A stretch of 63,798 bases of DNA, the filler included. It is 4 parts of 4 records of this genome, joined end to end, with 100 filler letters (N's around TTAATTAATTAA, not from the genome) between each part and the next. Parts side by side here need not be neighbours in the genome. Positions count along the whole stretch, not along the records: positions 21,956 to 37,461 come from SRR31156797_1744; 3 more parts are not named here. One strand, written 5' to 3'. This document shows positions 21,856 to 31,558 of this stretch, piece after piece. Made by a program: the position numbers and the translations under genes. Numbering within the stretch: the stretch's first letter is position 1; every line of letters begins with the position of its first letter. The notes beneath the pieces were generated by a model, which saw only the letters and a list, made by a program, of their open reading frames with translations, ran no database searches and was not told where the DNA came from.

Positions 21856-21955
21856 NNNNNNNNNNNNNNNNNNNNNNNNNNNNNNNNNNNNNNNNNNNNT
21901 TAATTAATTAANNNNNNNNNNNNNNNNNNNNNNNNNNNNNNNNNNNNNNNNNNNN
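21856..21955. other. Artificial contig spacer
   Basis: 100 nt of N with a central TTAATTAATTAA (stops in all frames). Confidence 0.98.
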
Positions 21956-22070
21956 TTCCCGGGGATTTGGATTTTCATTATATAACCGAACTAACATATT
22001 CTTTTTAATTTAGCCGCGTAAAATTATCATTTTAGAATTGTTTTGGGTACAAAACCTCTTTAAAAAATTT

Positions 22071-22748
22071 ATGAAGGTAAAAATAATTGAAACTGCCGAT
22101 GGTTCGCAAACACTTTATATTGAAGAATTAGACGAACAATACCATTCGGTAAACGGAGCAATTACAGAATCGAAATATGTGTATCTTGAAAAAGGATTTC
22201 TATTTCATAAAAATGGCAAATTAGTTGTTTTTGAAGTAGGTTTTGGAACCGGACTAAACGCACTGATTACAGCTCTGGAAGCACTTAAATTAAAGAAATC
22301 AACTACCTTCTATTCCATAGAAAAATACCCTGTAAATAAGGATGTGATTCAGAAAATTAATTACGGCCATCTTATATCGGAAGAAGCAGAAAAAATTTTT
22401 GAAAAGATTCATTCTTGTGAATGGGGTAAAACTGTTACCATTACGCCCTATTTTAAAATTCACAAAATCCAAGCCGATTTAACAAAATATAAATTCCCTG
22501 ATTATCCCCTTTTCGATGTTATTTATTTTGATGCATTTGGTCCCGACAAACAGCCGAAAATGTGGACTCCTGAAATTTTCATGAAGATTTATAACCATTG
22601 TTCGGGAAATGCCGTTTTTGTTACATACAGTGCAAAGGGAGAAGTTCGCCGACAGTTGCAACAGGTTGGATTTGAAATGGAACGGCTTCCCGGACCTCCC
22701 GGAAAAATTCAAATGTTACGCGGGATAAAAAATAATTTAAAACTTTAA
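22071..22748 (+). CDS. mnmD: tRNA mnm5s2U34 methyltransferase MnmD (MnmC methyltransferase domain)
   Basis: TADGSQTL, YHSVNGA, EVGFGTGLN, YFDAFGP..QP.MW and TYSAKG motifs. Confidence 0.92.
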   Translation: MKVKIIETADGSQTLYIEELDEQYHSVNGAITESKYVYLEKGFLFHKNGKLVVFEVGFGTGLNALITALEALKLKKSTTFYSIEKYPVNKDVIQKINYGHLISEEAEKIFEKIHSCEWGKTVTITPYFKIHKIQADLTKYKFPDYPLFDVIYFDAFGPDKQPKMWTPEIFMKIYNHCSGNAVFVTYSAKGEVRRQLQQVGFEMERLPGPPGKIQMLRGIKNNLKL

Positions 22749-22798
22749 TTGCCAAAAATTTACGTTATCTTCGCAACTCAATTCGAAAAAAAATATTG

Positions 22799-23410
22799 AT
22801 GACAGAAAAAAAAATCACCGGTGAACTGGAACAATTCAGTTATGCTTTAGGAATGAGTGTTGCCGGAAATCTTATCAAATCGGGGGTTACAACAGTTAAT
22901 CCTGAAATGTTTTTAGAGGGAATAAAAGATACATTTTCGGGAGAAATGCCCAAAATGATGCCCGAAGAAGCCAATAAAATTTTAGAAAGTTTTGTGAGTA
23001 AAGCCAATCAGGATCTTGGCAATAACAACCTGGAAACAGGAGCAAAGTTCCTTGCTGAGAATGCTAAAGAAGAAGGTGTTGTTGTTTTACCAAGCGGATT
23101 GCAATATAAGGTACTTTCTGAAGGAAGTGGTGATATTCCAAAAGCAACCGACCAGGTAAAATGTCATTATCATGGAACACTTATCGATGGAACCGTTTTC
23201 GACAGCTCTGTTGAACGTGGACAACCAGCAACATTTCCGGTAAATGGTGTTATTCAGGGATGGATTGAAGCCCTTCAACTTATGTCGGCCGGTTCGAAAT
23301 GGAAATTATTTATCCCATCGGATTTAGCGTATGGCGAACGCGGGGCAGGCGGGGCAATAGGACCAAATACTACCCTTATTTTTGATGTTGAACTTTTGGA
23401 AATCGTATAA
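22799..23410 (+). CDS. FKBP-type peptidyl-prolyl isomerase (cytoplasmic, FklB-like)
   Basis: SYALG N-domain, SGLQYKVL, HYHGTLIDGTVFDSS, VIQGW. Confidence 0.95.
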   Translation: MTEKKITGELEQFSYALGMSVAGNLIKSGVTTVNPEMFLEGIKDTFSGEMPKMMPEEANKILESFVSKANQDLGNNNLETGAKFLAENAKEEGVVVLPSGLQYKVLSEGSGDIPKATDQVKCHYHGTLIDGTVFDSSVERGQPATFPVNGVIQGWIEALQLMSAGSKWKLFIPSDLAYGERGAGGAIGPNTTLIFDVELLEIV

Positions 23411-23421
23411 AATAAAAACAC

Positions 23422-24126
23422 ATGAAAAACAAAATTATTTTTCTTCTGGCAATGGTTCTTGTTATTGCCGGAACTTCTTGTCAACAAAATGGTGGCATTT
23501 CGAACGTAAAACTGGAAACCGCTATTGATTCGGCAAGTTATGCAATTGGAGTTTTAGTTGGTTCCAACAATAAAAGTCAGCTGGAAATGACTCCGGGTGG
23601 CGACGAATTAAATGTTGAAATTATGGCAGCAGCATTCCGTTCAGCTTCAATAGGGAATGATATTATAATTTCGGAAGAAGAATCGAATAATGTAATTCGT
23701 ACCTTCCTTGAAGGTGCCAGCGCAAAAGCAGCACAGGAAAACCTGGAAGAAGGAAATGCTTTCCTCGAAGAAAATAAATCGCGTGAAGGAATTACAATAA
23801 CTGAAAGTGGATTACAGTATGAAATACTTACTGAAGGAACCGGTGCAAAACCAACAGCCGAAAGTCAGGTGCGTGTACATTATCATGGTACATTAATTAA
23901 CGGTACTGTTTTCGACAGCTCTATTGAAAATGGCCAGCCTGTTGTATTTGGGGTAAATCAGGTAATCCCGGGTTGGACAGAAGCATTGCAATTAATGCCT
24001 GTAGGATCTAAATATAAAATTTATCTTCCTTCGGCCATTGGTTATGGTGATCGCGGAGCAGGAAATGATATCGGACCAAATTCGGTATTAATTTTCGAAG
24101 TAGAATTACTCGAAATTGTAGAATAG
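23422..24126 (+). CDS. FKBP-type peptidyl-prolyl isomerase, lipoprotein
   Basis: Lipobox GTSC and the same FKBP motifs as the upstream paralog. Confidence 0.95.
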   Translation: MKNKIIFLLAMVLVIAGTSCQQNGGISNVKLETAIDSASYAIGVLVGSNNKSQLEMTPGGDELNVEIMAAAFRSASIGNDIIISEEESNNVIRTFLEGASAKAAQENLEEGNAFLEENKSREGITITESGLQYEILTEGTGAKPTAESQVRVHYHGTLINGTVFDSSIENGQPVVFGVNQVIPGWTEALQLMPVGSKYKIYLPSAIGYGDRGAGNDIGPNSVLIFEVELLEIVE

Positions 24127-24201
24127 GACACGTTTATTTTTTATTGATAAAAACCCTTTGTAAAATTTTTTTACGAAGGGTTTCTTTTTTATTTTCGCTA
24201 T

Positions 24202-24570
24202 ATGAGTTTACAGGTAAAAGGAAAAGTACAACAAATTTTAAAACCTGAGTCGGGAGTAAGCCGGGCAGGTAAAGAATGGAAAAAACAGGAGTTTGTAATT
24301 GAAACGGAAGATCAGTTCCCAAAGAAAGTATGTTTTACACTTTTTGGCGACAAAACTTCGTTAATTGATAACCTTTCAAATGGCGAAGAAGTAGAAGTTT
24401 CATTTAATGTTGAATCGCGTGAATATAATGGAAAATGGTTTCACAATATTAACGCCTGGAAAATAGATAAAACTGCAACCAACAATGTACCGGAGCCACC
24501 ACCGGAGTTTAGCATTGGCGATATTCCACCAGAACCATCGGAAGAAGAAGCAAACGATTTACCTTTTTAA
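24202..24570 (+). CDS. DUF3127 family OB-fold protein with an SSB-like acidic tail
   Basis: WKKQEFVIET..QFPKKVCF, SREYNGKWF..INAW; ends EEEANDLPF. Confidence 0.88.
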   Translation: MSLQVKGKVQQILKPESGVSRAGKEWKKQEFVIETEDQFPKKVCFTLFGDKTSLIDNLSNGEEVEVSFNVESREYNGKWFHNINAWKIDKTATNNVPEPPPEFSIGDIPPEPSEEEANDLPF

Positions 24571-24584
24571 TAGTGCATAATTAA

Positions 24585-24631
24585 AAAAGATGCCATCCGG
24601 ATATTTTATATGAATACGGATGGCATCTTTT
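24585..24631. terminator. Bidirectional terminator
   Basis: AAAAGATGCCATCCG...CGGATGGCATCTTTT between convergent genes. Confidence 0.75.
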
Positions 24632-24649
24632 AGTTTATGATAAATGATC

Positions 24650-25429
24650 TTAATTATCTCTTGTAAATACAGGTTTATTCGGCATCGACAAGCGCGGATT
24701 AAAAATATAGCCATCGATATCGAAAGCCTGAAGATTCTCTACATCGGTAATGTTATTTTCTAATATAAAACGAGTCATCAGTCCACGTGCTCTTTTTGCA
24801 AAAAACGAAATCATTTTATAACTCCCGTTTTTAAAATCCTTAAATTCAGGAGTTACAATTTCTGCTTTCAGTTTTTTCTTATCTATACTTTTAAAGTATT
24901 CGTTCGATGCCAGGTTAATCAGCACTTCACTCCCCGATTCAGCAACTGCCTGGTTTATTTTTTTCACAATTTGTGTTTTCCAAAAAGCATACAAATCGTT
25001 CGATTTATAATATTTTAACTTGGTTCCCATTTCGAGCCGGTGTGCCTGCATTAAATCGAGCGGCTTTAAAACACCGTATAATCCCGACAGAATCCGTAAT
25101 CGCTTTTGTGCCAGTTCCAACAAATCATCGGGTAATGTTGATGCCTGCAATCCCTGGTAAACATCGCCGTTAAAAGCCAGAACAGCCTGTTTTGCGTTTT
25201 CGGGTGTAAATGGCAAATGCCACTCCTGATACCGTTGAAAATTCAACTCCCCCAAATCTTTCGAAATACTCATCAATTTCGAAAGTTTTCCGGGACTCAT
25301 CTTTTTTAATTTTGAAATGAGTTTCTCCGATTCGGTTAACAATTCGGGGATGGTAAATTTTGTGGTTGTTGGGGGGGTATTAAAATCCAGCAATTTGGCC
25401 GGAGAAATTACAATTAACATATTTTTCAA
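24650..25429 (-). CDS. yaaA: Peroxide stress protein YaaA
   Basis: ISPAK, FNGDVY, ILSGLYG, RLEMG, NLASNEY and SFFAKRARG motifs; start may be the ATG at 25420. Confidence 0.95.
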   Translation of the reverse strand: MKNMLIVISPAKLLDFNTPPTTTKFTIPELLTESEKLISKLKKMSPGKLSKLMSISKDLGELNFQRYQEWHLPFTPENAKQAVLAFNGDVYQGLQASTLPDDLLELAQKRLRILSGLYGVLKPLDLMQAHRLEMGTKLKYYKSNDLYAFWKTQIVKKINQAVAESGSEVLINLASNEYFKSIDKKKLKAEIVTPEFKDFKNGSYKMISFFAKRARGLMTRFILENNITDVENLQAFDIDGYIFNPRLSMPNKPVFTRDN

Positions 25430-25570
25430 CTTTTATTTATCAAAAATAAACAGATTTTTGGTGGAATGGTTTATCCAATTAACTTTTATTTTATTCTATA
25501 TTTTTAATTGAATTTAAATCAAAAAACACCCAAACTTCTATTCAGTTTACCATTTTAAACAGGCTAAACG

Positions 25571-26062
25571 TTAGAAATTAAAAGTCAGTCCAAGTCCATT
25601 ATTTGTCATTGAAAAGTTCAATTTATTTTTATCCCAAAATGAAGTAGGTTGCAATTCTCCGTTAAACGTATCAACTGCTTTTTTTGCCTGCTTATTAAAC
25701 TTGCTGCTTATTGGAATAGAAACAACAACTAATCCGGCACCAATACCTGCCATTCCCCAATTCGGGTCTCCTCCTCCCAGTGCAGTTCCAATAGGATAAC
25801 CTACCATAAATCCGCCAACTCCGCTAACTATCATAGCCAGTGTATTTGTCGATTGTGCCGATTTAATCTCCTTATAAGCCTGTTCATTCGGTTTCATTGA
25901 ATTTACAAGTTGAGCCATGCTTAACCTTTGCTCTCCCTGATAAAACTGATATCCACCAAAAACTTTTTTCATTGAAATTGAGTCGGGTTGCGTTTGTCCA
26001 AAACCAGAAATAAATCCTGCCAACAGGAATGTAATAACAATTGCGATTTTTTTCATTTTCAA
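25571..26062 (-). CDS. Secreted or membrane hypothetical protein
   Basis: Signal peptide, glycine-rich hydrophobic hairpin, C-terminal GLGLTFNF. Confidence 0.75.
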   Translation of the reverse strand: MKMKKIAIVITFLLAGFISGFGQTQPDSISMKKVFGGYQFYQGEQRLSMAQLVNSMKPNEQAYKEIKSAQSTNTLAMIVSGVGGFMVGYPIGTALGGGDPNWGMAGIGAGLVVVSIPISSKFNKQAKKAVDTFNGELQPTSFWDKNKLNFSMTNNGLGLTFNF

Positions 26063-26316
26063 TTTATTGTTTTAAAAATTTCTAATTTATATTTTAATTT
26101 CTTCACAAACTAAATACATTTTGTCATTTTTATTTACTTAATTTCAAACATAATCTATTTTCAGCCCCCGTCTAACACTTTAATATAGGTAAATTCCATC
26201 CAACAAAAAACGTGCAGCTAGTGGTAGAAAGTGTTGATATTACATGAGAAACTTTGACATTTTGAACTTTCCCTGACATTGCGTAATTAAAAACCCAGAT
26301 ATTGACTTTTTACAAT

Positions 26317-27255
26317 TCATTCATCTTTTAACCAAACAGGTTTAAAATCAGATTTATGTTCTTTGCCTAATATATCTTTATATAATTCAGGGCGCCTGGC
26401 ATTTCTGTATCGAAATCCACCTGAAAGTGAAATTTTGTCTTTACTAATATTTGCAATTGTAATATCATCCTTAAACGACTTTATTTCAGTTAGAACTTCA
26501 CCATAAGGATCAATTATCATAGAATTTCCATTTTTTAAATGTTCACCATCATATCCAACAGGATTTGTAAAAGCATAATAAACACCGTTGTCATATGCTC
26601 TTGCAGGCAACCATCGCATCAACCATTTTCTACCTTTAGGCCCATCAAATTCCGCTCTTAAAGAAACGGGATCTGTTTCCCTGTTTTTCCAAAATTTGTC
26701 ATCCACATAATCTCTACCTGGCATTGCTGACGGCGTACAACCAGTTACATGTGGTGCAAAAATAATTTCCGCTCCCAAAAGAGTCGTCGCTCTTACGTTC
26801 TCAATAATGTTATTATCATAACAAATTAGAATACCGCATTTCCATCCAAGTAAATCAAAAACGACATAATCGCTGCCAGGCGACATGTATTTACTAATAA
26901 AAGGATGTAATTTTCTATATTTTGCTACTACCTGTCCATCATTTACACATATATACGTATTATATATTTTCTCATTTTCTTTTTCCACTAATCCAGCAAG
27001 AATTGGAATGTCATAATTTTTAGATATTGCAATTAATTGTTTTGTACTTTCACCAGTTGGAATATCTTCTGCTAAATTCATCATTCCTTTTAAATCCAGA
27101 TGTTTCGTAAACGTATATGCAGTAATTGACATTTCCTGAAAACTAATTACCTCTGCACCATTTAACTTTGCTTTTTGGGTTAGCTCATCAATAACGGATA
27201 AGTTATATTTCTTATCTCCATCTTTTGGCTCAAACTGAGCTACTGCTATTTTCAT
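26317..27255 (-). CDS. Nitrilase / carbon-nitrogen hydrolase family protein
   Basis: KIAVAQF start; catalytic triad in FQEM, YRKLH and ICYD. Confidence 0.92.
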   Translation of the reverse strand: MKIAVAQFEPKDGDKKYNLSVIDELTQKAKLNGAEVISFQEMSITAYTFTKHLDLKGMMNLAEDIPTGESTKQLIAISKNYDIPILAGLVEKENEKIYNTYICVNDGQVVAKYRKLHPFISKYMSPGSDYVVFDLLGWKCGILICYDNNIIENVRATTLLGAEIIFAPHVTGCTPSAMPGRDYVDDKFWKNRETDPVSLRAEFDGPKGRKWLMRWLPARAYDNGVYYAFTNPVGYDGEHLKNGNSMIIDPYGEVLTEIKSFKDDITIANISKDKISLSGGFRYRNARRPELYKDILGKEHKSDFKPVWLKDE

Positions 27256-27374
27256 TTTATGTAATTATTTATTCTTTTTTTCATTCTTTTGCCCAACTTG
27301 TTTGAGACTGGTTATGTTAGTTGCCAACCGCACCAATCCCATTCTAAATTATGTTCTTTTTCAGCAAATAGTTT

Positions 27375-27800
27375 TTACTCTTCAATAAATGTTAAACTCA
27401 ACCTCCCATATTGCTCCTTCGAGTCATTTGCATTTATTTGATATGTATAATATCCGTTCTCAAGTGGTATTTCCCCTACAAAATCAATGGGTTGAATTGT
27501 ATATGTATTCCCGTCGATTTTTAATTCAACAAAAGCATATCTGTAACCTGATTCAAATGCTCTGTAACAAGTCGATTGACCTTTCTCAAGTATTCCACAA
27601 TTTATATTTCTTAAGATAACATTGCAAAAGTCGTATTCACTAACATTACTAATTCTGATGTTTATTTTAGTTGAATCTTCATTGCACGCCGAAACAACAT
27701 GTTCAATAAAATTACAAGAATCATCTTTTTTACTACAACCAGTGTGGCCCAGAACGAATAAAACAATCATAACATTTATTAAGTACCTGGTTATTTTCAT
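27375..27800 (-). CDS. Hypothetical lipoprotein
   Basis: Signal ending HTGC; several cysteines; QPIDFVGE motif. Confidence 0.7.
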   Translation of the reverse strand: MKITRYLINVMIVLFVLGHTGCSKKDDSCNFIEHVVSACNEDSTKINIRISNVSEYDFCNVILRNINCGILEKGQSTCYRAFESGYRYAFVELKIDGNTYTIQPIDFVGEIPLENGYYTYQINANDSKEQYGRLSLTFIEE

Positions 27801-28170
27801 GAGTTTTGGTGATTTAATATTTTCGCTGTTAAGTTATTGATTTAAGAATTGCTTTTAAAAATGTTTGCTGAAGATTTTAACGAGATACCACAATATCCAA
27901 AAAGTATAAACGATAATACCGGCCCTGCAGTTCTAAAGCCTCTGAAAACCACTTGTTTTATGCCCACAGGTTAGCGGTAGAGCTTATTTATTGAGCGTTT
28001 TCAAATCGTTTCTATTCATTTTTTCCATCAAATAAATCTATAATCCATGGAATTAAACCTGTAATTGCAACCAAAACAAAATTACAGATAATATATTCAT
28101 TTGATTATTTTTATTCAATAATCTTGGCAAATAACTTAAACGCTGCGATAAAAGGGAAAATATTATTTAA

Positions 28171-28962
28171 CTATCTCAATTTTTTTATTTGCTGCGCTAT
28201 CTTCTTTTTAATTTTCTCAAAAGATGGTGGTGGTCCGGTGTTTATTTTTTTATCATCGATATACAAAGCATCGCTGATTCCCCATTCAAGCAGAACCTGA
28301 CGGTTAAATGTATTTACTTCCTGAAATACAACTTTATCATCAAATTCGGCCACTGCTTTTTTAGCTCTTTCGAAAACAATGTTTTGTGCCGGGCACCATC
28401 CGTTTAAAAACCCGGTAACCGTTACCTGCCCTGGAATTTTCACCGGTTTTTTCTTTTGACGAATCCATTTTGGGGGAACGGCATCATCGGCAAAAGATTT
28501 CCATAAAAGTACAGTTCCGGGAAACCCGATTTTATCGGCTTTTTTAAATCCTTGTTTTTTAAACCACGATGCTTTCATCCAAAAAGGAAGTGCAATTCCC
28601 CAGGCAGCAATTCCTTTTACTCCATTTTCTTTTACATCTTCTTCGGCTGCTTTAATTAATGCTTTGCCCATTCCTTTCTTCTGAAAATTCCCTCTCCCCT
28701 GTTTATAACCATGCACCCAAATGCAGTTTATAAAATATAGAGATTCGCCTTCTGCCGTAGAATGTTCAATGGGTATATACTGAATCATTCCACCTATTTT
28801 CTCATTTTCATCGAGCGCCAGTTTTACTCGTAACCCTTGGTCTTTCATTTTATTGAACCAGCATGCTTTATGATTTCCTGATTCTTTCATTTCATCAGAC
28901 CAATCTTCAAGGCAGTTAAAATAAAGCTCTTCGTGTTCTTTGGTTAAATCTACAATTTTCAT
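28171..28962 (-). CDS. GNAT N-acetyltransferase with a C-terminal thioredoxin-like domain
   Basis: QKKGMGKALI acetyl-CoA motif A; INCIWV; C-terminal GWCP..ALYID..TGPPP. Confidence 0.8.
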   Translation of the reverse strand: MKIVDLTKEHEELYFNCLEDWSDEMKESGNHKACWFNKMKDQGLRVKLALDENEKIGGMIQYIPIEHSTAEGESLYFINCIWVHGYKQGRGNFQKKGMGKALIKAAEEDVKENGVKGIAAWGIALPFWMKASWFKKQGFKKADKIGFPGTVLLWKSFADDAVPPKWIRQKKKPVKIPGQVTVTGFLNGWCPAQNIVFERAKKAVAEFDDKVVFQEVNTFNRQVLLEWGISDALYIDDKKINTGPPPSFEKIKKKIAQQIKKLR

Positions 28963-29116
28963 TTTGCCAGATTTTTTGTTTGAGTTGTACGATATTTAGA
29001 TGCAAATTGTTAATCTACAATTTTAAAAAGCAGATGTTTCCCTCCTAACGAATCAAAACATTTAAAACTCAGGTCAATCTATGAAACAGCTCAATTGGAT
29101 CACTTAAAAACAACTC

Positions 29117-31468
29117 TTACATACTTTGTTGAATTGAGTTTATCGCCTGTTGAATACCGGCTTTATCCTGCTCAGAGATTCCTTCGGCTTTTAAACTTTG
29201 CTGGTATATTTTAATGGCCTCCTGTATATTTCCTTCACGCAAATATAACTCGGCCAAAAAACTCACTGCACCTAAATAAAGAGGATTTTCCTTTATCAGT
29301 ATTTTAAGGGTATTTATCGCCTTTCCTTTTTGATTGTTTTCAACCTGATAAAAAGCCAGTGTGTATGCATATTTTGGTTCATCGGGCCTGGCTTTGGCAG
29401 CGATTTCTGCATAATTAACGGCTTCGTTAATGTTGCGTTGTGCAGTTATTACACTCAAATTATAAGCAGCTACTGCCTGTTCAGGATTCGAAAGGAGGGC
29501 CGTTTTAAGTGCTTTCTCTGCCTCTGCCATTTTCCCCTGTTCAGCCAATAAAAGCCCAAGATTTAAATTTGCAGCTTCATTTTTTGGATCCACTTCTACA
29601 GCTTTTCTAAGATTTTCTTCTGCTTGTGCAGAATTGCCAACATAAGAATACAAAACACTACTGTTTATTAGCGGCATTAAAGCCTCAGGATATAACCGTG
29701 CAGCCACTTCGTACGACTCGAGTGCTTTTGTAGCTTCTCCCCTGTTTTGATAAAAAATTCCGAGGTTATAATGTGAACTCCAGTCGTCGGGGCGGGTAAC
29801 AACTGAATTTATATATTCTTCGGTAGCTTTTGCTACCAACGTTGCATCGGTTGCAGAGAAATCTTCTTCCGGGAATCCGGCTAATGACATTGCTGCAGAA
29901 ATACGTACCAACCGGTATTCGTCGTCGCTAACCGAAACGAGTGCATTTTTCACAATTTCAGAATGATTGCCGGTTAATGCAGCTGCTGTAGAAGCTCTTA
30001 CCAAAGGAGATTTATTTTGAAGTGCCCCGATAACCGTTTGCCATTTTCTTTCATCGGTACAATTGGCAAACATCCGAATAAACGAAGACAATACCACTTC
30101 ATTTAATTCATCTTGCTGAATAATCTCCAGCATTTTATCGAGATTCGACCAGTCGCTTTCACGAGCTTCTTTTATTAATGTGGCCCACTTTAACGTTTCT
30201 TCCTGGTAATTTCCATTTTTTCGGGTCTTAACAATTTCATTTGCCCACTCCGGTGTTTTATCAGAATGACAAATATTACATGCATTTGGTGAATTAAATT
30301 GAATGGTTGCCTCAGGCATAGGCGGCCGAAAAGAATGGTCGCTGCGTATCATTCGGCCAAATTCTGTTTTTGGCATATGACAATTAATACAAACCGCTCC
30401 TTCGCTATCTATTTTGTGCCCTGAATGCGAAACCACATTCTCTACTCTGCTTTGATGACAATTTACACAGGCATCGTTTGGATTTTCAGCAAAACGATCT
30501 CGCCCGCTGGAAGTGTGACAAGTAACACAGTTCAACTCGCCTGCTATATTACATTCATTCATCATCCACCCGGTATATGTATAGTTTTCACCTAAATCCC
30601 TTCCATCGGGATAAAAATCGGTGTTTTCAAAAGTTGTTAAATTATAATTATCAAAAAAGCGATCGCCGGGCATAAAACTCGGTGTTATGGGCTGCATTTT
30701 AGCATGGCACGGGGCGCAAGATGAATTGTGCTGCTGCTGTGTAAAATTTCCGGTAACAATAATTTTCAGGTCTTCAAGTTCCTTCCCTTTCCTGGCTGCT
30801 TCCTGTGCTACACGAACATGTTCTGCACTTGGTCCATGACAGGTTTCACAGTTAATGCCGGGTTCTTCCCAGGTAGATTCATAAGAATCATTTGCCAGAT
30901 TAAAATTGGTATTTAACTGGCTCACATGGCAACTGTAACACGAAGCATTAAACGTATACATTCTGTCTTTCCAGGGTAATGCTTCGTCGGGTGTACCTTC
31001 TGGGAAATGGCGTACAGCAGATTCCGGATTATTATACCATGTTTTACGATTCACATCGTATGCCAAAGGAATAGTCTGAAGCTTTCCTTTTTCCATTGGG
31101 GTTAAAAAATAAAACACATTCTTCCCGCCAAGAGCCCAAACAATATCAAACTCCCTGGAATTTGAGCCATCTTTTTCAATCATTACCATGGAAGAATCTT
31201 CAAAAGCAATCTGATAAAATTTACCTTCCAACGAAAACTCATCACTGCCGGAAAGGTTTGCATGCTGAACAAATTCTGCATTTATAGGCTGCATGGCTTT
31301 TCCATGAAAAGAAGGAGACCACAATTCATAAAATCTCTCGTGACACTGGATGCAACTTTCCGATCCGGAATACGCTTCCGCAACCTGATCATTTTTTTGC
31401 TGTGTACACGAGAATGTGGTAATTATTAAAATCAAACTCCCTAAAAAGGTAAAAAATCTTCCCTGCAT
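29117..31468 (-). CDS. Octaheme c-type cytochrome lipoprotein with HEAT and TPR repeats
   Basis: Lipobox TFSC; eight CxxCH motifs (CIQCH, CYSCH, CETCH, CAPCH, CVTCH, CVNCH, CINCH, CNICH); SPLVRASTAAAL and RLVRISAAMSL HEAT-like repeats; HYNLG and NLNLGLLL TPRs. Confidence 0.9.
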   Translation of the reverse strand: MQGRFFTFLGSLILIITTFSCTQQKNDQVAEAYSGSESCIQCHERFYELWSPSFHGKAMQPINAEFVQHANLSGSDEFSLEGKFYQIAFEDSSMVMIEKDGSNSREFDIVWALGGKNVFYFLTPMEKGKLQTIPLAYDVNRKTWYNNPESAVRHFPEGTPDEALPWKDRMYTFNASCYSCHVSQLNTNFNLANDSYESTWEEPGINCETCHGPSAEHVRVAQEAARKGKELEDLKIIVTGNFTQQQHNSSCAPCHAKMQPITPSFMPGDRFFDNYNLTTFENTDFYPDGRDLGENYTYTGWMMNECNIAGELNCVTCHTSSGRDRFAENPNDACVNCHQSRVENVVSHSGHKIDSEGAVCINCHMPKTEFGRMIRSDHSFRPPMPEATIQFNSPNACNICHSDKTPEWANEIVKTRKNGNYQEETLKWATLIKEARESDWSNLDKMLEIIQQDELNEVVLSSFIRMFANCTDERKWQTVIGALQNKSPLVRASTAAALTGNHSEIVKNALVSVSDDEYRLVRISAAMSLAGFPEEDFSATDATLVAKATEEYINSVVTRPDDWSSHYNLGIFYQNRGEATKALESYEVAARLYPEALMPLINSSVLYSYVGNSAQAEENLRKAVEVDPKNEAANLNLGLLLAEQGKMAEAEKALKTALLSNPEQAVAAYNLSVITAQRNINEAVNYAEIAAKARPDEPKYAYTLAFYQVENNQKGKAINTLKILIKENPLYLGAVSFLAELYLREGNIQEAIKIYQQSLKAEGISEQDKAGIQQAINSIQQSM

Positions 31469-31558
31469 GGTTTTATAAATTAAACCTATTCAACATCTAA
31501 AAAATACAATAAAAATACCTTGATTTTTCCCAGAATCAGAACAATCCCAAAAAGTGAA

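Noticed and set aside
29117-31468. Calling the multiheme protein NrfA or hydroxylamine oxidoreductase
   Set aside because: No CxxCK motif, and the HEAT/TPR half does not fit those enzymes.
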